Assembly (NCBI GenBank): GCA_964569265.1
Contig: CAZMTO010000002.1
Span: 6,102 to 70,101, forward strand
DNA length: 64,000 bases
Reading direction: 5' to 3'
From: an uncultured Peptococcaceae bacterium
GTDB lineage: Bacteria > Bacillota > Dehalobacteriia > UBA4068 > UBA4997
Position numbers and translations under genes: made by a program. Positions 33,567 through 42,455 of this stretch are shown piece after piece (the first letter of the stretch is position 1; every line of letters starts with the position of its first letter). The notes beneath the pieces are model-generated. The model saw only the letters and a program-made list of their open reading frames with translations, was not told where the DNA came from and made no database searches.

Positions 33567-34157
33567 TCATTCTGCCGGGCGGGCTTTTTTGCCGGGCTTT
33601 TTATTAAACCTGTTCATAGCGGCAGCCGGGCCGTCTTCTACCCAGCACAATGCCGCCTGAGCTGCGGTTTTAACTGCCGGGCGCAGGGCGTTTTGTTCAT
33701 CTTCGGTAAATTTGCCCAGCACATAGTTTATAACATCACCGTGCTGGGGGTGGCCAATGCCCAGCTTTATACGGGCAATGTTCTGGTCGTTGCCCACCAT
33801 ACTTATAATATCCTTCATACCGTTGTGGCCGCCGGCCGAACCCTTTTGCCGCATACGCATATCGCCGCAGGGCAAATCCATATCATCAAAAATAACCAGC
33901 AGATCTTCGGTATCAAGCTTATAAAAATCCATTGCGGCGCGCACTGCCTGCCCGCTTTTGTTCATATAGGTTTGCGGCAGCAGCAGCAGCAATTTTTCTC
34001 CGTGATAATTTACCTCGGCAATACGGGCAAAAAATTTTTCCTTATTAAATTCGGCACCAAGCTCGTCGGCCAAATAGCCAAGGGTTATAAAGCCGATATT
34101 GTGGCGGGTGTTTTGATATTCGGCACCGGGGTTGCCCAAGCCTACTAAAAGTTTCAT
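33567..34157 (-). CDS. pth: Peptidyl-tRNA hydrolase.
   Basis: MKLLVGLGNPGAEYQNTRHNIGF and GHNGMKDI motifs. Confidence 0.95.
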   Translation of the reverse strand: MKLLVGLGNPGAEYQNTRHNIGFITLGYLADELGAEFNKEKFFARIAEVNYHGEKLLLLLPQTYMNKSGQAVRAAMDFYKLDTEDLLVIFDDMDLPCGDMRMRQKGSAGGHNGMKDIISMVGNDQNIARIKLGIGHPQHGDVINYVLGKFTEDEQNALRPAVKTAAQAALCWVEDGPAAAMNRFNKKPGKKARPAE

Positions 34158-34345
34158 ATAAAAAGTATCTCCTTAATAATATTAAATATTGCGGGTGTTT
34201 TTTTGCTTATCTTACTATTATAACAAAAAAAACAGCGACTGAAAAGGGGCAAGGCGGGCGGCAGCGGCAGATATTTTGGCATATTTTGACCGGTGTGGCA
34301 TAAATATTGCTAAGCGCCGGGCGGCGGATAAAGGAGGTTGCAGCT

Positions 34346-35074
34346 ATGGCAAAATTACTGATAAATAAAACAGGCGGAGCAGCAGAAGCAGCGGAAATAA
34401 GCGCGCTGGCCCTGCCGGATATGCCGGTGTACAGCGTAAACGAAGCAGAAGCAATAGGCCGCGTTAAAGAGGTGATTATAGACCCCGATGCCAAGTGTTT
34501 GCTGGCTTTGGCGGTAGATAAGGGCGGTTGGTATCACGATGTGCGGATGATACCGGCCGGCAAAATAAGCATTTTGGGTGACGATGCCGTTATGCTTGAC
34601 GAACGCAGGGTTACTGTGCCGCCGCCGGATTTGCCCAAAATAGTGCAGAATATTAAGCACCCCTGCAATATTATAGGGGCGCGGCTGGTAAGCGAGGACG
34701 GGCGTGTTTTTGGTCGGGCGGAAAATTTTTATATAAGCCGCGAAAATGGCAAAATAAGCCGCATAGAGATATACGGCGGGCTGCTGGGGCGGCTGTGGGC
34801 CGGTAAAATAACCCTTGATGCCGCGCATATTTTAACCGTGGGCACTGATACGGTGGTGGTGGACGCGGCGGCAGCGGCAGATTTGCAGCCGGAGGCCGGG
34901 GTATTAAAGGTAAACTTTAAGGCAGTGGCGGATATGGCCGGGCAGGGGGCGCAAAATTTTGGCAGCCTGCGGCATAAAACCCGGCAGCGCTTAAAAGAAA
35001 TAGCAGCAGCACGGCGTGAAAGTCCGGCAGCGGGCGAGGTTGCCGATAATGCTGCCGGTGTGGCCAATTTGTAA
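34346..35074 (+). CDS. PRC-barrel-like domain protein (two repeats, tentative).
   Basis: Start at MAKLLINK with SD AAAGGAGG. Two segments resemble PRC-barrel sequence (AIGRVKEVIIDPD.., IIGARLVSEDGRVFGRAENFYIS). Confidence 0.5.
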   Translation: MAKLLINKTGGAAEAAEISALALPDMPVYSVNEAEAIGRVKEVIIDPDAKCLLALAVDKGGWYHDVRMIPAGKISILGDDAVMLDERRVTVPPPDLPKIVQNIKHPCNIIGARLVSEDGRVFGRAENFYISRENGKISRIEIYGGLLGRLWAGKITLDAAHILTVGTDTVVVDAAAAADLQPEAGVLKVNFKAVADMAGQGAQNFGSLRHKTRQRLKEIAAARRESPAAGEVADNAAGVANL

Positions 35075-35180
35075 TGCGGCAAAGGTGTACCGTCGGCAAT
35101 GGCGGTACGCTTTTTTTGCATAAAACAGCGGGCTTTGCGGCATAATAGCGGCAGAATACAGGTATGCCGGGGGTGTTGCA

Positions 35181-35756
35181 ATGCGCAGGTTTTGGTTTGG
35201 ATTATCACTGGTGCTGGTGTTTATGTTTGCGGCGGTGTCATCGTATATATTTTTTGTGTTTACGGGTGCCGCACCGGAAGTGGACAAGCCGTATAAAGCG
35301 GTCGGTGGGCCGGGCGAGATGGGTGAAGCAGTGCCGCGGGTTACCGCCGATATGACACTGAACGTAAGGGAAAGCTATGCCTGCGGTTATATCACCGACC
35401 GAACGCTTGCCGGCAACAGCGAGTTTTTGGGCTTATCCTTTGACCAACTGACCAAGGAGGGCTGGAACGTGGCCCGTACCGGCGAAAATCGGCTGGAGCT
35501 GGTGCGCCAATACGCCGATATCTGCCCGATAGAGCAGCAGAAGCGTTTGCTGAAAAAGACGGAGCGCGGTATTGCGGTGTATGCCGGTACGGCGGAGCAT
35601 TTGGGCGCTATGCTGCTGGAAATGCCTACCGACTTTGCCGAGCTGCCGCCGGATATGAACACGGCGCTGGCTAAAGACGGTTATGCCGTGAACAGTGACA
35701 CCGAGCTTAATGAGCTGCTGGAAAGCCTTGACGAAACCGTACACCGCGAACCGTAG
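35181..35756 (+). CDS. Hypothetical membrane-anchored protein.
   Basis: N-terminal TM helix FWFGLSLVLVFMFAAVSSYIFFVF. No firm family recognised (possibly BofC-like). Confidence 0.5.
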   Translation: MRRFWFGLSLVLVFMFAAVSSYIFFVFTGAAPEVDKPYKAVGGPGEMGEAVPRVTADMTLNVRESYACGYITDRTLAGNSEFLGLSFDQLTKEGWNVARTGENRLELVRQYADICPIEQQKRLLKKTERGIAVYAGTAEHLGAMLLEMPTDFAELPPDMNTALAKDGYAVNSDTELNELLESLDETVHREP

Positions 35757-35844
35757 CTGCGTGTGGGGCAATGCCTTGCCAATATGTTTAAGGTGTGCTA
35801 AAATAAAGGCGCAGGCAGCATGGTAAACAGCAGTTTAAAAGGCG

Positions 35845-36138
35845 GTGATGTTAATGCTGGCAGGTATTTGTGAATATCAATTATTTTTACCCAATGCACA
35901 TTCGCTTAAACAAAAACGTATGCTTATAAAAAGCCTGTTGGCGCGGCTGCACAACAAATTTAATGCCGCCGCCTGTGAAGCCGCCGAACAGGAGCTTTGG
36001 CAAAGTGCTGTTATAGGTGTGGCGGTGGTGGGCAACAGCCGCCGCCATATAGAAAGTATGCTGGATAATATTACCGATTTTGTTGAAGGGTTTTCTCCGG
36101 AGATTGAATTGGTATCGGTACAAAAAGACGTATTATAA
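35845..36138 (+). CDS. DUF503 family protein (YlxP-like).
   Basis: CEYQLFLPNAHSLKQKRMLIKSL is typical of DUF503. Confidence 0.7.
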   Translation: MMLMLAGICEYQLFLPNAHSLKQKRMLIKSLLARLHNKFNAAACEAAEQELWQSAVIGVAVVGNSRRHIESMLDNITDFVEGFSPEIELVSVQKDVL

Positions 36139-36185
36139 ATATATATTACAGAAAAATATTATAAAGATTAAAGAGGTTTTACATA

Positions 36186-36734
36186 ATGAAGCATAACGAT
36201 AAAATTGCCGATTTGGAATTTGCCGATGCCGCGCATACGCCGCACCCAAAAGAAAAGCCGGAAAAACCGGCGCGGCTTAATGTGGTGCTGTATCAGCCGG
36301 AAATTCCGGCCAACACCGGCAATATTGGCCGCACCTGTGCCATTACCGGCGTGGCCCTGCATTTGATAGAGCCGCTGGGCTTTGATTTGTTTGACCGCCG
36401 CGCGCGCCGCAGCGGTTTGGATTATTGGGACAAGCTGGATTTGTATGTTTACCGCGATTGGCAGGATTTTTTGGCCAAAAACCCCGGTGCCGAAATTTTT
36501 TTGGCTACCACGCACGGCAGCGTGCCGTATAACAAGGTGGCCTACCCCAAGGGAGCATATTTGGTGTTTGGGCGAGAAACTGCCGGTCTGCCGGAGGAAA
36601 TTCATAACGCTTACCCGGGGCGGCGGGTGCGTATACCTATGCGGCCGGAATTCCGCTCGTTTAATCTTTCTAATTCGGCGGCGGTGCTGGTGTTTGAGGC
36701 TTTGCGCCAACAGAATTTTGAAGGGCTGGAATAG
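36186..36734 (+). CDS. trmL: tRNA (cytidine/uridine-2'-O)-methyltransferase TrmL (SpoU family).
   Basis: LNVVLYQPEIPANTGNIGRTC, GLDYWD and FGRETAGLP motifs. Confidence 0.85.
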   Translation: MKHNDKIADLEFADAAHTPHPKEKPEKPARLNVVLYQPEIPANTGNIGRTCAITGVALHLIEPLGFDLFDRRARRSGLDYWDKLDLYVYRDWQDFLAKNPGAEIFLATTHGSVPYNKVAYPKGAYLVFGRETAGLPEEIHNAYPGRRVRIPMRPEFRSFNLSNSAAVLVFEALRQQNFEGLE

Positions 36735-37381
36735 TGGCTATGCAGGATAGAGCGGATATAATTACTATTGCCGAGCCGGTGCAGGCCGAGCTTGTCGAGA
36801 AAAAATCGCGGTTTATAGGCTATGCGGCCCCTGCCCCCACCGAGGCAGCAGCGCAGGCGTTTTTGCAGGAGATAAGAACCTGCCACCGTGATGCCACGCA
36901 TAACTGCTACGCTTATCAGGTGGGAGAATTTAACCAGTATCAGCGCTCATCAGACGACGGTGAACCGTCGGGTACGGCGGGGCGCCCCATTTTAGAGGTG
37001 ATAAAGGGCAGCGGTTTAGCTAACGTTATTGTGGTGGTAACGCGCTATTTTGGCGGCACATTGCTGGGCACGGGCGGCCTGGTGCGGGCGTATTCGGCGG
37101 CAGCAGCAGCGGCTTTGGCGGCGGCACAGCCGGTGCGTTTAATTGCGGCAGCAGAATATTCTCTGACGGTGGAATACCAGCATTGGCAGCGTTTGCAGGC
37201 CTGGCTGGCGGCTAAAGATTGCCCGGTGCAGGATGTGCGCTTTACCGATAAAGTAGATGTGCGTTTTACCGTGCCGCTGGCTATGACCAATGGCCTTGCG
37301 GAGCAGTTGGCTGAGCTGCTTAATTGCCGGCCGACACTTATGCTGCTGGATGATACGGCGGTAATGTGCCAAAAATTATAG
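36734..37381 (+). CDS. yigZ: IMPACT/YigZ family protein.
   Basis: EKKSRFIGYA, ATHNCYAY and DDGEPSGTAGRPIL motifs. Confidence 0.85.
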   Translation: MAMQDRADIITIAEPVQAELVEKKSRFIGYAAPAPTEAAAQAFLQEIRTCHRDATHNCYAYQVGEFNQYQRSSDDGEPSGTAGRPILEVIKGSGLANVIVVVTRYFGGTLLGTGGLVRAYSAAAAAALAAAQPVRLIAAAEYSLTVEYQHWQRLQAWLAAKDCPVQDVRFTDKVDVRFTVPLAMTNGLAEQLAELLNCRPTLMLLDDTAVMCQKL

Positions 37382-37402
37382 TTATATAAAATAAGCATAT
37401 AA

Positions 37403-37430
37403 AAGACCCACCGGCATTGCGGTGGGTCTT
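37403..37430. terminator. Bidirectional terminator hairpin between convergent yigZ and the AraC gene.
   Basis: AAGACCCACCG / CGGTGGGTCTT 11-bp stem with a 6-nt loop. Confidence 0.7.
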
Positions 37431-37447
37431 GCTGTTGTTGGGCAAAA

Positions 37448-38266
37448 TTATTTTTCGGTAACAGGAACGCAAATGTAGGCGTTATCACCGTGGTAACATT
37501 CAAACGAAGGCTTGGTGGTATCCAGCTTATAGTCGTTCTGTTCAAACCATTCGGTAAAAATGTACTGCCAGCCGGCGCGTACAGTTTGTTGCAGGGCGGG
37601 CAAATCTTCGGTTTGGGGCAGGGTAAATACGGCGCATTTGGCAGCGGCAAAGCAATGCTTTTGCATAGATTCGGGAACGGTGGTATCTTCTTTAATGGTG
37701 GGGCCTAAAAAGTAATACAAACCGTCTGCGGCATCGGCAGGGTGCAGCCACAGGCCAATTTCGGCATAGCCGGGGTAAGTAAGCTTGGCATAATCTTCGG
37801 TGCTTACTGCCGAAAAATCCTTGCCCAGCCAGTAAGCGCCGTTAGCTCTGGTGTCAAGTGCTTCTTCGGGATAAAGAGTGTAGCCGGCAGCACAAAATGC
37901 CGGAATTTCGGTTACGGTAACTTTAATGTCTGTCATAATAAGTCCGCCTTTCTGTTTTTGGTATGCAGAAGGAGTGATGCCAAAGCGACGGGTAAAAGCG
38001 CGTGTAAAGCCCGACGGTGTATCAAAGCCGGCGGTTATTGCGGCTTCGGTAACACTGGCGCCGCCGGCAAGTTCTACCGCGGCACGGGCCAAACGCCGAT
38101 AACGCAGATAAGTGCCGACAGCAAGGCCGTTAACACTGCGAAAGATGTGACAAAAATGCCAAAAAGAATAGCCAAACTGGGCGGCCAGCTTTTGGGCGGA
38201 TATATCATCATCCGGGTGGTTATCAATAAATTCGCGGCAACGCCGCATATCGTCCCGATAGCTCAT
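37448..38266 (-). CDS. AraC-family regulator with GyrI-like effector domain.
   Basis: HTH_18-like N-terminus (FGYSFWHFCHIFR.., GFDTPSGFTRAFTRRFG) followed by a ~150-aa C-terminal domain. Confidence 0.8.
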   Translation of the reverse strand: MSYRDDMRRCREFIDNHPDDDISAQKLAAQFGYSFWHFCHIFRSVNGLAVGTYLRYRRLARAAVELAGGASVTEAAITAGFDTPSGFTRAFTRRFGITPSAYQKQKGGLIMTDIKVTVTEIPAFCAAGYTLYPEEALDTRANGAYWLGKDFSAVSTEDYAKLTYPGYAEIGLWLHPADAADGLYYFLGPTIKEDTTVPESMQKHCFAAAKCAVFTLPQTEDLPALQQTVRAGWQYIFTEWFEQNDYKLDTTKPSFECYHGDNAYICVPVTEK

Positions 38267-38335
38267 AGCGTATTCTCCTTTATGCTTTAAGTATAACAGG
38301 CGCGGCGGCGGGTTACATTCCCATTTTTGCGGATA

Positions 38336-39061
38336 TCAGTAATTTTTGCCGTTTAAAAGCTGCTGTTTAAGGTGGCGCAGCAGCTCGTCTAACAATTGCT
38401 GTCGGACGGCACAGGCAGCGGCATCTTGTAGCAGGGGCTGTAAATTAAGTGGCCAACCTTGTTCGGCAGCCTGCATTACGGTTATGTTGTTGTTGATGGC
38501 GTTTTGCAGGCGTTGCTGTTCGGCGGCAAGCTCATCTTCACACATATTATCAAGGTTGTAGGCCGGCAGACTTTGCTGCTGTAATTGTTCCGGCTTAATG
38601 GCCAGCAGCGGCAGTTCGTGGTTTTTGTAAGCAAGGGTAATGCTGTACATAGTTTGGCGCTGTTTAAGGTTGGCCGTGGGGTAAAGGTCGGGGTGTATAA
38701 GGCGCACACAGCGGGCGTAATAATAATTTAGCAGGCCAAAGCGACGGGCGGTTTGTTGCCGGGGCGGCAGCTTTAGCAGTATGTTGTTGCGGTGCTGCAT
38801 ATGGGCCAGCCAAACCTTGTGGCGTTGGGCAAAAAGGTCGGTGCGTTGTTGTTGGCTAAGGTTGGGGTTTTGGCACAAAAGCTGCGTATTAAGATAGTAG
38901 GCGGCACATTCTTTGGCGGCAAAAAGCTGCATATATTGGGCTTCTAACCGGGCGGCCTTAATAAAAAGCAGTTCATCGCGCTGCAAAATTTGCCTGAACA
39001 ACTGACGGCGCAGGCTGCGGATATTTTCTTTAAGCAGGTTTGCTGATGCTGACACAGGCAC
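38336..39061 (-). CDS. Hypothetical Q-rich protein with a J-domain-like HPD segment.
   Basis: YYYARCVRLIHPDLYP..MYSITLAYKNHEL. The alternative GTG start at 39055 has better SD spacing. Confidence 0.5.
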   Translation of the reverse strand: MPVSASANLLKENIRSLRRQLFRQILQRDELLFIKAARLEAQYMQLFAAKECAAYYLNTQLLCQNPNLSQQQRTDLFAQRHKVWLAHMQHRNNILLKLPPRQQTARRFGLLNYYYARCVRLIHPDLYPTANLKQRQTMYSITLAYKNHELPLLAIKPEQLQQQSLPAYNLDNMCEDELAAEQQRLQNAINNNITVMQAAEQGWPLNLQPLLQDAAACAVRQQLLDELLRHLKQQLLNGKNY

Positions 39062-39200
39062 TCACCTCACTTTGGCACTAAGGCTTTTGCTGCGTTATTT
39101 TTGCCGCATATATTACCATTATAATACAGTTTTCGACAAAAAAAGGCAATATTTTTAACGCCTTTTAATACTTTAAAATGCGGCAAAGTCATATTTATTG

Positions 39201-39238
39201 CAAAAAAATACAGGTGTCTAAAAAGCAGACACCTGTAT
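39201..39238 (-). terminator. Terminator of the rlmA-like gene.
   Basis: ATACAGGTGTCT / AGACACCTGTAT 12-bp stem, with T7 on the minus strand. Confidence 0.8.
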
Positions 39239-39251
39239 AAATTTTTAAAGG

Positions 39252-40082
39252 TTAAAAACGCACGGCAAAAAGCTGCAAGTCAATGGTTATATCGGTAAAA
39301 GTGGCAGCGGGTGGCGTGCGATGTTCGTTAAGCGGCGTCATCCGCAAAAAATCGGCAGTCTGTTCTGCTGATACCGGCAGGGTGTAGGTAAGGCGTTCGG
39401 CGGTTTTGGGCTGCGGCAGTGCCGCCAACAACGCGGTAGATTCGCTGTCTTCTCCGGCGGGCAAATTGTAGGCAGTACGTACCTGCTTTAAATAGTCGGC
39501 ACCGGGCACCACCTTTATAAGCAAACCGCCGGGGGCCAGCACCCGCGTAAATTCACGGTAATTGGCCGGCGAAAGAATATTGAGTATAATGTCGGCGCTG
39601 TTGTCGGGCAGGGGCAGGGCAGCCAAATCTGCCAGCAGGCATTTTAAGCGCGGTTCGGCTTTGGCGGCAGCCACCACACCGGCCTTGGCAAGGTCTAACG
39701 CCAAAACCTCGGCAGCGGGCAGGGCGGCCAACAGGCTGCGGGCAAAAAAGCCCTCGCCGCAGCCGGCATCAATAACGGTTAACGGCTGATGCGGGCGCAG
39801 CGGTTGGGCAGCGGCAATATCGGCAATGGTAAGGCACAGCTTTTGATAAAACCCGGCGGCAAATACCCGGCGGCGGGTAGCAAACAGTTGTTCGTCATAC
39901 AGGGCACTTTGCGGCTTTTGCGGTGCCAGATTAAGATAATTGGCGGCAGCAAGGTCGTAGCAGTGGCCGGCAGGGCAAACAAAGCTGCTGTGTTTAAGCT
40001 GCATTGCCGCGTGGCATTTGGGGCAGCAAAGCCGGGTGTGCATATTGGCAAAATTTTTAACAACACGGTCTATTTTGGCCAT
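39252..40082 (-). CDS. RlmA-like SAM-dependent rRNA (guanine-N1) methyltransferase with N-terminal Zn ribbon.
   Basis: Start at MAKIDRV with SD AAGGAGG. CPKCH..CPAGHCYD Zn finger. VIDAGCGEG SAM motif. Confidence 0.75.
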   Translation of the reverse strand: MAKIDRVVKNFANMHTRLCCPKCHAAMQLKHSSFVCPAGHCYDLAAANYLNLAPQKPQSALYDEQLFATRRRVFAAGFYQKLCLTIADIAAAQPLRPHQPLTVIDAGCGEGFFARSLLAALPAAEVLALDLAKAGVVAAAKAEPRLKCLLADLAALPLPDNSADIILNILSPANYREFTRVLAPGGLLIKVVPGADYLKQVRTAYNLPAGEDSESTALLAALPQPKTAERLTYTLPVSAEQTADFLRMTPLNEHRTPPAATFTDITIDLQLFAVRF

Positions 40083-40102
40083 ATAAACCTCCTTAGGCAA
40101 AT

Positions 40103-40639
40103 TTAGGCAAACAGGTTTAACGCGCGGCGTTTTAGGTATGAGGCAAAGCTGCTGCCAAGCTCTAACACGCAGCACAATTTATCAACGCAGGATATCAGGT
40201 AGGTTTCCTTAAAATGACGGTGACGGGTGGGGCACATAGGCCACATATGGTTAAGTATAATATCTTCTTCCTTGGCAGAAAGACCGGTAAGGCGGCGGGC
40301 ATTGGCCAGCGCCAGTTGTGGGTGGGCATAAATATGCTCACTTTTACCAACGGCTTCATCTCTAAAGTTGTAATAGTAAAGGTCGTGCAGCAGGCCGCAG
40401 CGTGCCACCGCCGAAGTATCCATATGGCAGCGGCGGGCCAGCAAAAACGCATACCACGACACATTAAGCACGTGCTGGCGGCGGTTTATGGTGTGGTGGC
40501 GGTAATCGGCCAGGCGCAAAAACTGCGGGGCATTTATAATATCTTCTACATAGCGGCGGTATTCCTGCACCAGCTTATGTTCGGTATCTTGCAGGCTGCG
40601 GCGCGAAGCTGTAGGCTTTAAACAGGTTTTAAGTGTCAA
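40103..40639 (-). CDS. HD-domain phosphohydrolase.
   Basis: HVLNVS..GLLHDL motifs. TTG start at 40639 with GAGGTG 6 nt upstream. The longer ORF-track version overlaps the divergent gene. Confidence 0.6.
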   Translation of the reverse strand: MTLKTCLKPTASRRSLQDTEHKLVQEYRRYVEDIINAPQFLRLADYRHHTINRRQHVLNVSWYAFLLARRCHMDTSAVARCGLLHDLYYYNFRDEAVGKSEHIYAHPQLALANARRLTGLSAKEEDIILNHMWPMCPTRHRHFKETYLISCVDKLCCVLELGSSFASYLKRRALNLFA

Positions 40640-40794
40640 TGTAGGCACCTCGTATTTATTAAATGTAGCGGCAGGCAAAAACCCACCGTATGATAGTATA
40701 GTATAAACAGATGAAAAATGCAAACGGTGAAGTATAAAAACAGGTGCCAAAACATAGGCTGTATAAGCAAAACCACAGCTTGGGGGTAATATTG

Positions 40795-41217
40795 ATGGCA
40801 AAAATTGACAAAATGCAAACCATGAGCGCCGAGCCTGCCAAAGCGGCAATGCGTGATTATCTTTCACCGGGAGAGGTGGCTGCTTATGCCGGGCTGAGCT
40901 ACGGCACGGTAAAGCGCGCCATAGACGTTGGTGATATTGCGGCATACCGTATTGGGCGGCGGTTTTTTATAAGCCGCACCGATGCCGAGGCTTTTGCCGC
41001 TGCCCGCCGGGATGTTGCCGCCGAAGGCTACAGCATAAGTGAGATAATGGAAAAGCTGTGCCTTAGCTATGCCTATGTAAGCCGCCTGATAAAAAGCGGC
41101 GAGCTGCCCAGCCGCCGCATTGGGCGCAAATATTTTGTGACGGAGAAGGATTTTGCCGAATTTATGCAAAGTAAGCGCCTTGATAGCAGGAAAACCCCCG
41201 CAGTGCGGAGAAAATAA
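40795..41217 (+). CDS. Protein with two excisionase/MerR-type HTH_17 domains.
   Basis: YLSPGEVAAYAGLSYGTVKRAIDVGDIAAYRIGRRFFIS and YSISEIMEKLCLSYAYVSRLIKSGELPSRRIGRKYFVT. Confidence 0.65.
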   Translation: MAKIDKMQTMSAEPAKAAMRDYLSPGEVAAYAGLSYGTVKRAIDVGDIAAYRIGRRFFISRTDAEAFAAARRDVAAEGYSISEIMEKLCLSYAYVSRLIKSGELPSRRIGRKYFVTEKDFAEFMQSKRLDSRKTPAVRRK

Positions 41218-41283
41218 CGCATAAAGCTGCTGCCGCCGGGCTAAGGCGGTGGTTGGCAAATTTATGGCTAACGGGGTGATGTT

Positions 41284-42252
41284 ATGCTGCCCAATGTAGA
41301 AGCGCGCGAGGCGATGATTTTGGCGCCGGAGGCTGCGCACGCCAAAAACAGCCGCGGCCGCCAAATACCGGAGCCTAATTCTCCGGTGCGTACCTGCTAC
41401 CAGCGCGACCGCGACCGGATAATACACTGCAAAAGCTTTAGGCGCTTAAAGATGAAAACACAGGTGTTTATTGCGCCGGACGGTGACCATTACCGCACAC
41501 GGCTTACGCACACACTGGAGGTTATGCAGATTGCCCGCACCATAGCACGGGCACTGTGCCTTAACGAAGATTTGGCCGAGGCTATTGCACTGGGACACGA
41601 TTTGGGCCACACCCCCTTTGGGCACGCCGGAGAACGCGCCCTGAGTGAAATTGTGGGCGGCTTTAGGCATAACGAACAAAGCCTGCGCGTGGTAGATGTG
41701 CTGGAAAAAGACGGCCGCGGCTTAAACCTTACCTATGAGGTGCGCAGCGGTATTTTAAACCACAGCGGCAAGCTGCCCAACATTACGTTAGAAGGTGAGC
41801 TGGTGCAACTGGCCGACCGTATGGCATATGTTAACCACGATACCGATGATGCCCTGCGTGCCGGGCTGATAAAAAACAGCGAGCTGCCGCAGCAGGCAGT
41901 GGCTATTTTGGGTGCTACCAACAGCAAACGCATAAACGCTATGGTGCTTTCGGTTATTGAAGCATCGCAGGATTTGCGCGGCATACATATGAATCAGCGT
42001 GAACGCCAGGCAATGGACGAGCTGCGCGAATTTTTGTTTGAGCGGGTGTATCGCACGCCGCAGGCTGTACGGCAGGAAGAAATTTTAAAGGAAAAGCTTA
42101 ATTATACCTTCGATCACCTGCTGGCCCACCCGGATATGCTGCCGCCGGAGCTGTTGCAGCGCGAGGAGAATATTGAACGTGCCGTATGCGATTACGTGGC
42201 GGGGATGTCGGACAGTTATGCGCTTAAATTGTTTGAAAAGCTGGGGATTTAG
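41284..42252 (+). CDS. dgt: dGTP triphosphohydrolase-like HD protein.
   Basis: YQRDRDRIIHCKSFRRL, THTLEV and GHDLGHTPFGH motifs. Synteny with dnaG-sigA. Confidence 0.85.
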   Translation: MLPNVEAREAMILAPEAAHAKNSRGRQIPEPNSPVRTCYQRDRDRIIHCKSFRRLKMKTQVFIAPDGDHYRTRLTHTLEVMQIARTIARALCLNEDLAEAIALGHDLGHTPFGHAGERALSEIVGGFRHNEQSLRVVDVLEKDGRGLNLTYEVRSGILNHSGKLPNITLEGELVQLADRMAYVNHDTDDALRAGLIKNSELPQQAVAILGATNSKRINAMVLSVIEASQDLRGIHMNQRERQAMDELREFLFERVYRTPQAVRQEEILKEKLNYTFDHLLAHPDMLPPELLQREENIERAVCDYVAGMSDSYALKLFEKLGI

Positions 42253-42455
42253 CCGCAAGCCCGGCGTTTGAGCAAAATTTGGCTGCCTTGGGCTAATAAA
42301 TATCCGCAAACGGTAAATAAATTTTAACTTTAAGTAAATAATACATATTGGTAAAATTGCCCTTGGTGCGAAAAAAGGAAAATCACGCCCGGCGGCGAAA
42401 TATCTAAAGTACCATTTGCCTATGGGGCAAAAATTTAGTGGAGAAGCGGTGAAGT

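Noticed and set aside
33042-34148. 368-aa + strand ORF spanning the mfd/pth region.
   Set aside because: It is antisense to two well-supported minus-strand genes (mfd N-terminus and pth).
40640-40945. N-terminal extension of the HD-domain ORF (ORF track 40103-40945).
   Set aside because: The extension overlaps the divergent HTH gene and promoter region and looks non-protein-like. A TTG with a good SD at 40639 gives a typical ~178-aa HD protein.
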